Source: Myxococcota bacterium
Lineage (GTDB): Bacteria; Myxococcota_A; UBA796; CAJQPC01
Reading direction: 5' to 3'
DNA: 64,000 bases
NCBI GenBank assembly: GCA_036229005.1
Contig: JAZAMN010000031.1
Span: forward strand, 192,001 to 256,000
This document shows, piece by piece, positions 43,943 to 53,591 of the stretch. The notes under the pieces are model-generated. The model was not told where the DNA came from and did no database searches. It worked only from the letters and a program-made list of their open reading frames with translations. Made by a program: the position numbers and the translations under genes. The first letter of the stretch is position 1; each line of letters opens with the position of its first letter.

Positions 43943-46207
43943 ATGCTCAGCCCAAGCTCCCTGATCCTCCTTCTGTCCAACCTTCTCGGCTGCCGCGTGG
44001 ACGCCGAGGACACCCCGCAGACGGTCTCCGACGCCTTCAAGGTGCGCGGCTCCGTCGAGCAGATCCACGTGTGGGCGGCCGAGCCCGACACGGAGATCGA
44101 GCTGGTGGATTCCAGCGGGGAGCTCGTGGCCTCCGGGACCACCGACTACCAGGGCAGCCTGATCCTGCGGGAGCTGGAGCCGGGGGTGGACTTCACGGTG
44201 CGCCTGGCGGACGACCCCAGCGAGCTCACCGACATGCTGGAGATCCTGGACTTCGAGGACTCCGTCCCGCCCCAGTCCTTCTACGAAGAGCAGATCCTGG
44301 AGCCCGGCAACGGCTACATCACCATGCGCGATGGCACCCAGCTCGCCTACTACATCTACCTGCCCGGCCCCATCGACGAGGGCCCCTACCCCACCCTGGT
44401 CAACTACTCCGGGTACACCCCCAGCGAGCCCGGCGCGTCGCTGGGAGAGGCCGTCGAGCCCTACTGCGACCTCTACCCCATCCTGTGCGACGCCCCCTCC
44501 TTCCCCACCGGCATCATCGGCGGGCTGATGGGCTACGCGGTGGTCGGCGTGAACATGCGCGGCACGGGCTGCTCCGGGGGCGCCTACGACTACTTCGAGC
44601 CCCTGCAGATCACCGACGGCTACGACATCATCGAGGCCGTCGCCGCCCAACAGTGGGTCAAGCACAACCACGTGGGCATGGCCGGCCTGAGCTTCCCCGG
44701 CATCTCCCAGCTCTTCGTCGCCCAGGCCCAGCCCCCCAGCCTGGCCGCCATCACGCCCTTCTCCGTGATCGGCGACACCATGTCCTCCACCCTCATCCCC
44801 GGCGGCATCTTCAACGAGGGCTTCGCCGAGGAGTGGTACGACGCGGTGCTCTCCAAGGCCGCCCCCTACGGCCACGACTACATCCAAGAGGTCGTGGACG
44901 CCGGCGACAGCGTCTGCGAGGAGAACCAGCTCCTCCACTCCCAGATGCTCAACCGCATCGACCTCGCCAAGGAGCACCCCTTCTACGACGACGAGCTCGC
45001 CAAGCCCATCGATCCCAGCGCCTTCGCCGACCAGATCCAGGTGCCCATCTACCTGGCCGGCCAGTGGCAGGACGAGCAGACCGGCCCGCACTTCCCCGCG
45101 CTGTTCACCAAGCTCGAGAACACCCCGGTCAAGCGCTTCACCGTCACCAACGGCGTGCACATCGACGGCTTCTCCCCCCAGAACCTGGTGGAGTGGAAGA
45201 CCTTCCTGGACCTCTACGTCTCCCAGGAGATACCGGAGATCCCCAAGGCCTTCGACATCTTCGCCCCCCTGTTCATGGAGGCCGTCTACGGCACCGAGCT
45301 GAGCATGCCGGACGGCCGCTTCGACGACTACGCCACCTACGGCGAGGCCCTGGCCGCCTACGAGGCCGAGGGCGAGCTGCGGGTCATCTTCGACTCCGGC
45401 GCCCCCGAGGGCGTGGCGCCCGGAGCCCCCGAGGGCACCTGGGAGATGCGCTTTGAGAGCTGGCCGCCCCCCCAAGCCGTCGCCGAGCGCTGGTACCTGC
45501 AGCCGGACGGCACGCTGTTGTCCTCGCCTGCGGCCGAGAGCGGTGGCAGCTCGAGCTGGGAGCACGATGCCCAAGCCGGTGAGCGCATCAGCCTCGCGAG
45601 CGGCTCCGTCGATCCTCTCCAGCCCAACTGGGACTGGCAGGCCCCCCAGGAGGGCATGGCGCTCTCCTTCCTCACGCCGCCTCTGGAGGAGGACCTGGTC
45701 GTGGTCGGCCACGGCAGCGTCGACCTCTACCTGATGACCGAGCAGACCGACGCCGACATCGAGGTCTCCATCACCGAGGTCACCCCCGACGGCGACGAGA
45801 TCCTGGTCCAGCACGGCTGGCTGCGCGCCTCCCACCGCGCCCTCCGCGAGGACGCCACCGAGACCCGCCCCGTCAAGACCCACCGCCAAGAGGACATCGC
45901 GCCCCTCACCCCCGGCGAATGGACCCTGGTGCGCGTCGAGGTCATGCCCTTCTCCCACGCCTTCCGCGCCGGCTCCCAGCTCCGCCTGAGCATCGACACT
46001 CCCGGCGACAACATGGCCCGCTGGCGCTTCGATCTCCTGGACCTCCCTGAAGGCACCCTCAACCACGTCGCCCACGACGCGGCGTACCCTTCCAGCCTGG
46101 TGCTCTCGGTGATCCCCGACATCGTCATCCCCACCGAGCTCCCCGACTGCGCGGATCTGCGCGGTCAGCCCTGCCGCGAATACGCCCCCATCCAGAACCT
46201 GGAGTAG
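43943..46207 (+). CDS. CocE/NonD-family serine hydrolase, probable lipoprotein
   Basis: MRDGTQLA, NMRGTGCSGG, DGYDIIE, GLSFPG, HGWLRASHR, HAFRAGSQLRL. Confidence 0.88.
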   Translation: MLSPSSLILLLSNLLGCRVDAEDTPQTVSDAFKVRGSVEQIHVWAAEPDTEIELVDSSGELVASGTTDYQGSLILRELEPGVDFTVRLADDPSELTDMLEILDFEDSVPPQSFYEEQILEPGNGYITMRDGTQLAYYIYLPGPIDEGPYPTLVNYSGYTPSEPGASLGEAVEPYCDLYPILCDAPSFPTGIIGGLMGYAVVGVNMRGTGCSGGAYDYFEPLQITDGYDIIEAVAAQQWVKHNHVGMAGLSFPGISQLFVAQAQPPSLAAITPFSVIGDTMSSTLIPGGIFNEGFAEEWYDAVLSKAAPYGHDYIQEVVDAGDSVCEENQLLHSQMLNRIDLAKEHPFYDDELAKPIDPSAFADQIQVPIYLAGQWQDEQTGPHFPALFTKLENTPVKRFTVTNGVHIDGFSPQNLVEWKTFLDLYVSQEIPEIPKAFDIFAPLFMEAVYGTELSMPDGRFDDYATYGEALAAYEAEGELRVIFDSGAPEGVAPGAPEGTWEMRFESWPPPQAVAERWYLQPDGTLLSSPAAESGGSSSWEHDAQAGERISLASGSVDPLQPNWDWQAPQEGMALSFLTPPLEEDLVVVGHGSVDLYLMTEQTDADIEVSITEVTPDGDEILVQHGWLRASHRALREDATETRPVKTHRQEDIAPLTPGEWTLVRVEVMPFSHAFRAGSQLRLSIDTPGDNMARWRFDLLDLPEGTLNHVAHDAAYPSSLVLSVIPDIVIPTELPDCADLRGQPCREYAPIQNLE

Positions 46208-46210
46208 CCC

Positions 46211-48148
46211 TTGTCCGAGCGCCCCATCGTCTTTGTCCTGGGGGCTCCGCGCAGCGGCACCACCCTGCTGCGCGTGATGCTCGCCGGCCACCCCCTGCTC
46301 TTCGCGCCCCCCGAGATGGTCCTGGGATCCTTCGAGACCATGGCCCAGCGCTCCGCCATGTTGGAGCAGCGCTTCTGGGACAAGGGGGGCCTGCGGCGCG
46401 CTCTGATGGAGCTGCGTGGGCTCACCGTCCAGGACGCCAAGGCCGCCGTCGCATCCCTGGAGGATCGCTCCACCGTCGAGGTCTACTCGATGCTCCAGCA
46501 GGAGCTGGGTGAGCGCATCCTGGTCGACAAGGACCCCCGCCTCTCGGTGCCCGACGGCTCGCTGGAGCGCCTGCAGAAGGCCTTCCCCAACGCCCGCTAC
46601 GTCTGGATCGTGCGCAACCCCGCGTCCGTCACCCGCAGCCTCCAGAACATGCCCATGGCCGAGGTCATGCTCCAGGGCTTCGCCGCCGAGCCCGACCAGA
46701 TCTGGGAGGTCTGCAACCGCCGCATCGGCGACTTCCTGGCCGGCGTCCCTCAGGACCGCTGGGCCCGCATCCAGTACGAGGACCTGGTGCTCGACCCCGA
46801 GCCCTCCCTGCGCCGGGCCGCCGCCGCCATGGGCGTGGACTACGACGACGCCATGTCCCGCCCCTACGAAGGCGACGACCGCATGCGCACCGGCCCCAAG
46901 GGCGCCCGCGCCATCGGCGATCCCAACATGGCCGGCCGCGGAAAGCTGGATCCCAGCCTGACCACCAAGTGGCTGGAGGGCTTCGACCACCGCAAGGCCT
47001 CGGCCGGCACCAAGGAGCTGGCGCTCTCCTACGGCTACGACCTGGAGAGCATCCCCCTGCCCAAGGTCACGCGGATCGATCAGGCCCTCACGGCTCTGTG
47101 GTCCACCGCCCAGGGCCTCTTCTCCCAGCTCGACCTGGCTCAGGATCTGGACGCCGTCGAGGGCAGGCGTTTCTTGACCCGCATGGTCGGCGCGTCCCTG
47201 GAGCAGATGACCGAGCAGGTGGACCCCGACCACCCCATCTTCCACCACGCCGAGGGCCCCACTCGGAAGATGTTCGCGGACAACCCGGACACCGACTACC
47301 ACCGGGCCGTCATCCGCACCGGCCAGGGGCAGGTCTACCGCATCACCGGCCGCGTGCCGCCCGGCAGCACCTACGTCGGCATGCTCCTGTACCGGCGCGG
47401 GGGGCGCATCGGGAACCGCCTGGTCGACCAGGGCCTGGGGCTGGACGCCGAAGGCCGCTTCACGGTCCTCGTCTGCACCGAGCAGCCCACAGAGGCTGGG
47501 ACCTGGCTGCAGGCTGATGGCGATGAGATCGCGGTGTTCGTGCGCCAGTACTTCCTCTCCCGAGAGGAGGAGGCCCCCGTGGAGCTGCAGATCGAGCGCC
47601 TCGGAGCCCCCGCGCCCCAGCCCCTGAGCGTGGAGACCTACGCCAAGGGCGTGGAGCGCGCCGAGCGCATGCTCAAGGCCGTGTTCGAGCGCACCCTGCA
47701 GGCCAACAAGATGGTCGCGGGCATGGCGCTCAACCGCTTCATCCAGATCCCCGGCGAGAGCCTCTTCCCGACCCCCGACAACACCTACCAGGTGTGCTGG
47801 TACCGCTTCGGACAGGACCAGGTCATGCTCGTGCGCGGCAAGCTCCCGACGGCCCGCTACTTCAACCTCTCCCTCTGCAACGCGTGGATGGAGAGCCTGG
47901 ACTACCAGCGGCACACCGTCGCGCTCAACGCCCGCCAGCTCCTCTGTGCACCCGATGGCACCTTCGAGGTCTGCCTGGCCCACCGCGACCCCGGCCACCC
48001 CAACTGGCTGGACACCACCGGGCACCACGCCGGCTACCTGCTCTCGCGCAGCCTGCTGCTGGACGGCGCGGCGCCCGAGTTCGAGATCCAGGTGATGTAC
48101 GAGAAGGAGTGGGCCGAGGAGAAGGCCCGCCGGCAAGGGCAGGGCTGA
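46211..48148 (+). CDS. Sulfotransferase fused to a DUF1214-like region
   Basis: PRSGTTLLRVMLAGHP 5'-PSB loop, VRNP..V..S; C-terminal DNPDTDY, WMESLDY, AHRDPGHPNWLDTTGH. Confidence 0.8.
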   Translation: MSERPIVFVLGAPRSGTTLLRVMLAGHPLLFAPPEMVLGSFETMAQRSAMLEQRFWDKGGLRRALMELRGLTVQDAKAAVASLEDRSTVEVYSMLQQELGERILVDKDPRLSVPDGSLERLQKAFPNARYVWIVRNPASVTRSLQNMPMAEVMLQGFAAEPDQIWEVCNRRIGDFLAGVPQDRWARIQYEDLVLDPEPSLRRAAAAMGVDYDDAMSRPYEGDDRMRTGPKGARAIGDPNMAGRGKLDPSLTTKWLEGFDHRKASAGTKELALSYGYDLESIPLPKVTRIDQALTALWSTAQGLFSQLDLAQDLDAVEGRRFLTRMVGASLEQMTEQVDPDHPIFHHAEGPTRKMFADNPDTDYHRAVIRTGQGQVYRITGRVPPGSTYVGMLLYRRGGRIGNRLVDQGLGLDAEGRFTVLVCTEQPTEAGTWLQADGDEIAVFVRQYFLSREEEAPVELQIERLGAPAPQPLSVETYAKGVERAERMLKAVFERTLQANKMVAGMALNRFIQIPGESLFPTPDNTYQVCWYRFGQDQVMLVRGKLPTARYFNLSLCNAWMESLDYQRHTVALNARQLLCAPDGTFEVCLAHRDPGHPNWLDTTGHHAGYLLSRSLLLDGAAPEFEIQVMYEKEWAEEKARRQGQG

Positions 48149-48265
48149 GGGGGGATTCCGCTCCTGCAAGACGCCCCCGCTGAGTCGTGGGGGCTGCCTG
48201 TAATGCGCTGAAACGATGCGCCGAAGGCACATGCAGTACGGTGGCCGGCTGACGAGGAGGGGCCC

Positions 48266-51200
48266 GTGTCCCAAGAGCCACCTGCTGGAGCCCCCATCTC
48301 GGGAGAGCCCCCCAAATCGGACCCTGAGAAGAGGGAAGCGCCTGCCGGGGCAGCGCCAGCGCAGCCCCAGCCCACCCCGCCTGAGCCCACCCCGCCCGAG
48401 CCCACCCCGCCCAAAGCGTCGCCGCCCGAGCAGGCCAAGCCAAGTCCTCTTCCAGCTCCAGAGGTGAAGCCACTCTCCCTGCCCCGGACGATCAAGGGAA
48501 AGTGGAAGCGGGACCTGCGACTTGGTGGAGAGCTGGTCGGAAAGGGAGAGGTGAAGCTCACGGCATCCGGGATCTCGGTCAGAGGCCGGCGGAGCTCTCC
48601 CTTCCGGACGGCCATCTGGGGCGCGTTCTGGCTGTCCTGGTGGTTCTCCTTCTTAGCCAGCGGACTGGCGGGGCTGATGACCGTCATCGGAATCGCGAAC
48701 CGAAGCCAGTCCCTCGAGGTGGCCCTGACCGGGGCCACCTGCATCTTCCCAGTCATCCTGATCGGTGGTCTCTTTGCCCGCTGGCTCGCGCGCCGGCTCC
48801 TGGAACCCCCCGTACGTTGGACCGTCCCCTGGGGAGACGTGACCCACCTCGCAGCCGGCAACAAGGACCTTGACCTCAAGGTGCTCGTCGGTGGAAACAC
48901 CTGGATCGGGCGGCTCTCCCCTCGTCGAAGTGCCTATGTCAGCCAGACACTCGCAGGCATCCGAGCGGGCGCTGTCCCCCAAGGTCAACACGCCCGGGGC
49001 TGGCATCGCCCCGCGCTCATCGACAAGCTCCTGCTCGTCGGTGTCCTCGCCGGACTGGGCGCTGGAGCGTGGAAGATCGAGCCCGAGCTGCGGCGCTACC
49101 TGCAGACGGCCGACGAGGCCCGCAGTGGCCCCCTCGCTGGCATCCCCGATCCAGTCTCAGATGGAGAGCTGCTCCCATTCCAGGCAAGCTGTCCGGCCCG
49201 GAGTGGGCAGGACCAGGTGCACAACCGAAGGGCAGGGAGCACCCTGGTCATCGACGCGAAGGGGCTCCAGGGGAACCTGCTGCACCTGCGCTGGCAGGCT
49301 GGCAGCAAGCGGATCCAGTTGGTCGAGTCAACGCCAGCGCGCTCCACCCAGCTCGCTGGATTCTTCACCAGTGAAGGGCAACTGGCCATCACTCTGCATG
49401 TCCCCTCGAACAACACGGACGCGGTCAAAGCCCTCGTCGCTCGCGGTGATCTGGAGGATGTACGCACCGCTTGGTGCGCCGGCCTGGTCACCTCGTACGA
49501 CATCACCCAGACCCTGCGGGAACAGGGCCGGGTCGAAGCGACAAGGCAAGGCGACGACCTGAACATCCAGGTCAGCGGCGTGGGCCCCCAGACCCACGCG
49601 CTGCTGGTGACCCGCTGGCTCCCCAGCTCCGGCCCCGACGATTTCCAGGCCTGCGCGCTCCCTATCGAGGGCCAGACCCTGGGACTGTTGAAGGCCTACC
49701 CCGAGCGGGACCTCAAGGGCTTCTTCGACGACCCAAAGGAGCGCGCGCGGGTCTACCTGGTTGAAGTCGCCAAGGCCCCTCCAACCAGCGCCATGGTCGA
49801 GGGAGGCAAGCTGCAGCCTTGCGCAGTGCCACACTCCTTGCAGCTCAGCGGGGCCGCCACGGCGTGGACGGCAACCCCCGAGGTCCTCGGCTCCAACACT
49901 GTCCGAGAGCGCGCGCGCCAAGCAGCCAACACGCCACCGATGGTGCCCATGACCACCAGCACCACGGACCTCGTGGATGCAATCAGCGGTAGATATGCCC
50001 AAGTCTCCGAGGAGCTCCGAGCGGTGCACCTGAGCCCCTCCCAGCAGCTCGAGCTCAACCGAGGCTTCCTCGACGCGGTTCCCTGGAACCCTGTGCTGGA
50101 GAGCGCCTCATTCTCCCGGAGCCTCCCCCACCTCGAGGTCCTCCGACAGCGCCTGAGCGGCAAGGACCCCAGCGGGGAGATGGGCGAGCTCTTCCTCCTG
50201 GGCTTTGCGGAGGCCTTCCTGGCCAACGTCCCTCTTCAACCCCGGGACTACGCGGCCCGGGTAGAGGTCGGCGAGGCCTGGATGAAGGTCCGGGCAGGCA
50301 CACTGTGGACCCTCAATGGCCGCAGGGTTCGGGTTCCTGACGCCAAGACCGCAGCCATCTACCAGTTGGTCGGGAGGTACGTCCTGGTCGACGTCGCCCG
50401 GCATCTGGAGCGGGACATCAGCGCAGAGGGGAGTGGCGAGGTCCCTCGGGAATACCGGGCCCTTGCGACCCGGCTGGAGGCACACAAGATCCGGATCGAC
50501 CCCAAGAAGTCCACCTCCACAAAGGCGGTCGAGGCTTGGCTCAAGGGGGACTTCGAGTACCTGGCCAACCGCGCGCTCAAGAAGGCCGGCGAGGGGCTGT
50601 CAGACCAACAAGCCAGCGTCTCTGCCGCTTGGCAGGCCTCCTACGAGATCAAGGGGACCGGGGGAGACCGCGAGCGGCGCTACGCTTCCCTTGTTCGCAA
50701 CGGTCGACAGATCGGATGGGTCGCCCAGTTCACGGGGCGAGGGAATCGGCTTCACTACATCCCTGCGGCCCAGGTCCCTCCCCGGAAGGATGCCCTCACC
50801 CGACACACCGGGAGCCCGCTGCTGCTCGCGACCGCAGGCAGCTACGTCACTGCGGACGGAGTCACCTCCGGGCTCTCGGTCGTTCAGGGACAGGTCCAGA
50901 ACTACCTGATCAGCCACCAGATGGACGGGCTCGTGATCTTGCACCCCAGCAAGGGGCTGACCCTCTTGGACATGGAGGTGGGGGGCAAACTCCCCGGAAC
51001 CCAGGAGACGATCCAGCCGCTGCGCTCGCTCGCTGACCTCCAGGTGCTCCTCTCCTGGTTGGAGAAGGAGCGCGCCTCCGCCTTTCAGACCCACCTGCTC
51101 GTCGCACAGGGCGGGTTCACCATCGACGAAGCCACGGCAGCACCGGACCTTCGGGAGAGGCGGCTGTTGGTCGAAGCCAGCTACAAGCAGTCCCCGCTGT

Positions 51201-51442
51201 ACGCGATCGTCGACCTGCCGAGCTCGCCCGCAGTGACCCTCTTCGAGGCAACCATCATCGCCAAGAAGGCGCTCGAGACCCCCGAGGCCAGGGGCGGCCC
51301 GGGCTGGACGGTCTCCGGGATCGCCAACCTGGACGTCGGCAGCTTCGACATCCTGGAGGCATGGGACCAGCGAGGGCGGAACGTACGCTCGGGCCGCGTG
51401 CCCCTGGAGAACGCACACAACCTCCTGGTGGTGTCCCAATGA
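48266..51442 (+). CDS. 1058-aa membrane protein with a C-terminal divergent phosphodiester-glycosidase-like domain
   Basis: GAGGAGG SD, Pro-rich N-terminus, 3 TMs, C-terminal MDGLVI..FQTHLL..RERR..ANLDVGS. Confidence 0.7.
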   Translation: MSQEPPAGAPISGEPPKSDPEKREAPAGAAPAQPQPTPPEPTPPEPTPPKASPPEQAKPSPLPAPEVKPLSLPRTIKGKWKRDLRLGGELVGKGEVKLTASGISVRGRRSSPFRTAIWGAFWLSWWFSFLASGLAGLMTVIGIANRSQSLEVALTGATCIFPVILIGGLFARWLARRLLEPPVRWTVPWGDVTHLAAGNKDLDLKVLVGGNTWIGRLSPRRSAYVSQTLAGIRAGAVPQGQHARGWHRPALIDKLLLVGVLAGLGAGAWKIEPELRRYLQTADEARSGPLAGIPDPVSDGELLPFQASCPARSGQDQVHNRRAGSTLVIDAKGLQGNLLHLRWQAGSKRIQLVESTPARSTQLAGFFTSEGQLAITLHVPSNNTDAVKALVARGDLEDVRTAWCAGLVTSYDITQTLREQGRVEATRQGDDLNIQVSGVGPQTHALLVTRWLPSSGPDDFQACALPIEGQTLGLLKAYPERDLKGFFDDPKERARVYLVEVAKAPPTSAMVEGGKLQPCAVPHSLQLSGAATAWTATPEVLGSNTVRERARQAANTPPMVPMTTSTTDLVDAISGRYAQVSEELRAVHLSPSQQLELNRGFLDAVPWNPVLESASFSRSLPHLEVLRQRLSGKDPSGEMGELFLLGFAEAFLANVPLQPRDYAARVEVGEAWMKVRAGTLWTLNGRRVRVPDAKTAAIYQLVGRYVLVDVARHLERDISAEGSGEVPREYRALATRLEAHKIRIDPKKSTSTKAVEAWLKGDFEYLANRALKKAGEGLSDQQASVSAAWQASYEIKGTGGDRERRYASLVRNGRQIGWVAQFTGRGNRLHYIPAAQVPPRKDALTRHTGSPLLLATAGSYVTADGVTSGLSVVQGQVQNYLISHQMDGLVILHPSKGLTLLDMEVGGKLPGTQETIQPLRSLADLQVLLSWLEKERASAFQTHLLVAQGGFTIDEATAAPDLRERRLLVEASYKQSPLYAIVDLPSSPAVTLFEATIIAKKALETPEARGGPGWTVSGIANLDVGSFDILEAWDQRGRNVRSGRVPLENAHNLLVVSQ

Positions 51443-52275
51443 CGCTCCTCTCGATCTGGCTCTCCTGTGCGAGCAGTCCGACGGCGCCCCCGCCTGCCCA
51501 AGAGACCAACACGCTCGCCCCGCCGCACCTGCAGGCACCACAAGTCACCAGCACGAACCTTCTCGCAGAGGGGCCCGAACTGGTCTTTTGGGAGGTCGCG
51601 TGGAACACATCGAGCGACCGCGGCGTCGCCTGGGTGATCGAGCTCCCGCGAGCAGTCTCCCTCGACCTCGCCCACTCGGCTGGCGTCGCGCACCTCGAAG
51701 ACGCGCTCGACCTGACGAGCACGAGGGCTGCCATCAACGGCGGCTTCTACCAGGACAACGCAGCGATGGGGCTTGTTCGCCGTGAGGGAGAGACCTTCAC
51801 ACCGCTCTCCCCGCGAGGCGGCAGCGGCGTGCTCTTCCAGGGCCCAACCCCAGCATTGATCACCCATAGGGACGCCTGGTCAGGCCATGGCAGGATCGCG
51901 CTCCAGTCCATCGACCGACTGGTGGACGGCCACTCGAACCTCGTGACGGGGCGCCCGGGAGCTCCCCGAGCGGCTCGCTCCGCCGTCGCCGTCCATCAGG
52001 ACAGCGTCAGGTTCGTTCTCGTCGCCTCCGAGTCCAGCATCCAACAGCGGGAGAACGGCGTCCAACTGCACCAGACCGGCGGCTTCGGCATGACCCTGTG
52101 GGAGTTCGGCGAGTTCCTGGTTGCCCAGGGAGCCACCCAGGCCCTGAACCTGGACGGTGGCATCTCCTCGGGCCTCTGGGTGCAGACTGGCGCCGACGAC
52201 GGCTTCCTGGTCCGAAGCCAGTCCGGCTCCATCAACGCTCTGACGACCCGGAGTCGTGCCAGCCCCCAGCCTTAG
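51439..52275 (+). CDS. Phosphodiester glycosidase (NAGPA-like) family protein
   Basis: AAINGGFY, ARSAVA, GMTLWEF, ALNLDGGISS; ATGA overlap. Confidence 0.8.
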   Translation: MTLLSIWLSCASSPTAPPPAQETNTLAPPHLQAPQVTSTNLLAEGPELVFWEVAWNTSSDRGVAWVIELPRAVSLDLAHSAGVAHLEDALDLTSTRAAINGGFYQDNAAMGLVRREGETFTPLSPRGGSGVLFQGPTPALITHRDAWSGHGRIALQSIDRLVDGHSNLVTGRPGAPRAARSAVAVHQDSVRFVLVASESSIQQRENGVQLHQTGGFGMTLWEFGEFLVAQGATQALNLDGGISSGLWVQTGADDGFLVRSQSGSINALTTRSRASPQP

Positions 52276-52418
52276 CGCGCTTCCGTCGTCAACCCCCGCC
52301 GCCGGCCAATGCGAGGCCGCGATCCCAGCCAACCCGCCACCTCGCGCGCGTTGACACCACCCCCGTTCCACAGCTACCTTCCTGCCCGATCCACCGCCTT
52401 CCCAAGCCCGGAAGCCCC

Positions 52419-53573
52419 ATGCGCGCCCTTCACGTCCTCCCCATCTTCGGCTTCGGCCTCGCCGCGCTCTTTGCCACCGGCTGCGGCTGCCGGAACACCG
52501 AGCCCGTCGAGCTCGTCGAGCCCACCCCCGAGGATCCCCACGACATCGGGCAGTACCTGTCCATGGGCGTCTACGACGGCCAGCCCGCGGCGGCCTACTA
52601 CGACCGCACCAAGGGCGGCCTGACCTTCGCGATCGGCACCCTGGACGGCGACACGGTCCGCTGGGAGGAGGAGCGCATCGACGGCTTCGTCGACTCCGAG
52701 GGCCTGGATGTGGGCGACCGCGGCAAGTACACCTCGATGCTGGTGGACGGCACGGACGTCTGGATCTCCTACTACGACGCGACCAACGGGAACCTGTTCT
52801 ACGCCCGCCGCGCCGACAAGGATGACTGGGAGAGCGGCTTCGCCGACTCCGGTGGCGGCTCCACGCCCCACGGTGGGCGCTTCTCCTCGCTGGCCATGGG
52901 CGCCGACGGCTACCCGGCCGTGGCCCACTACGACGTGAACAAGGGGCAGCTCCGCCTGGCCCGCTGGAACGGCAACGGCTGGTCCGGCTCCGTGCTCGAC
53001 GAGGGAGAGGACTTCATCCCCGGCGAGGGCGACACCGCCCTGGAAGAGGTCGACGCCGACGTGGGCAAGTACGCCCGCCTCGAGGTGGTCGATGGCACCG
53101 AGTACATCGCGTACTACGACGCCGCCAACGGCGACCTCAAGCTGGCCACCGGCAGCGGCAGCGACTTCAGCGTGGAGACCGTGGCCTCGGAGGGCAACGT
53201 GGGCTCCTGGCCCTCCATCATGGTAAAGGGCGGCGAGGTCCTGATCGCCTACCAGGACATGACCAACTGGGATCTCGTGCTGACCCGCGGCACGCCCGGC
53301 GGCCCCTGGACCACCGAGGTGATCGACGACGGCGAGTTCCGCGGCGCCGACACCGAGATCTTCGAGAACGGATCCTACCCGGGCATCCTCTACTTTGACG
53401 GGTCGGACAACAACATGATGCTCGCGACCTACGACGGCTCGCAGTGGGCCACCCAGGTGCTCGCCGACGAAGGCGGCCTGGGCTTCCACAACGAGACCAT
53501 CGTGATCGGTGGCACCCGCTACGCAGGCTGCTACGACTACACCCGCCGGACCATCCACTTCCAGTCCCTGTAG
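52419..53573 (+). CDS. Beta-propeller lipoprotein
   Basis: ATGC lipobox; repeated G.Y.S....I(A/S)YYD...G.L blades. Confidence 0.75.
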   Translation: MRALHVLPIFGFGLAALFATGCGCRNTEPVELVEPTPEDPHDIGQYLSMGVYDGQPAAAYYDRTKGGLTFAIGTLDGDTVRWEEERIDGFVDSEGLDVGDRGKYTSMLVDGTDVWISYYDATNGNLFYARRADKDDWESGFADSGGGSTPHGGRFSSLAMGADGYPAVAHYDVNKGQLRLARWNGNGWSGSVLDEGEDFIPGEGDTALEEVDADVGKYARLEVVDGTEYIAYYDAANGDLKLATGSGSDFSVETVASEGNVGSWPSIMVKGGEVLIAYQDMTNWDLVLTRGTPGGPWTTEVIDDGEFRGADTEIFENGSYPGILYFDGSDNNMMLATYDGSQWATQVLADEGGLGFHNETIVIGGTRYAGCYDYTRRTIHFQSL

Positions 53574-53591
53574 TCGCCCCGGGAGCTCCCC

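Noticed and set aside
48190..48262. Possible hammerhead ribozyme or glycine riboswitch (GAAAC, CCGAAGG, CTGACGAG)
   Set aside because: The required stems do not pair on manual folding, and other conserved elements are missing.
41009..48274. 2421-aa minus-strand ORF
   Set aside because: Antisense shadow of four well-supported plus-strand genes; strong GC3 bias removes stops, and it has no motifs.
48367..48430. 15-bp GAGCCCACCCCGCCC-type repeats
   Set aside because: They encode an ordinary Pro-rich (EPTPP) linker.
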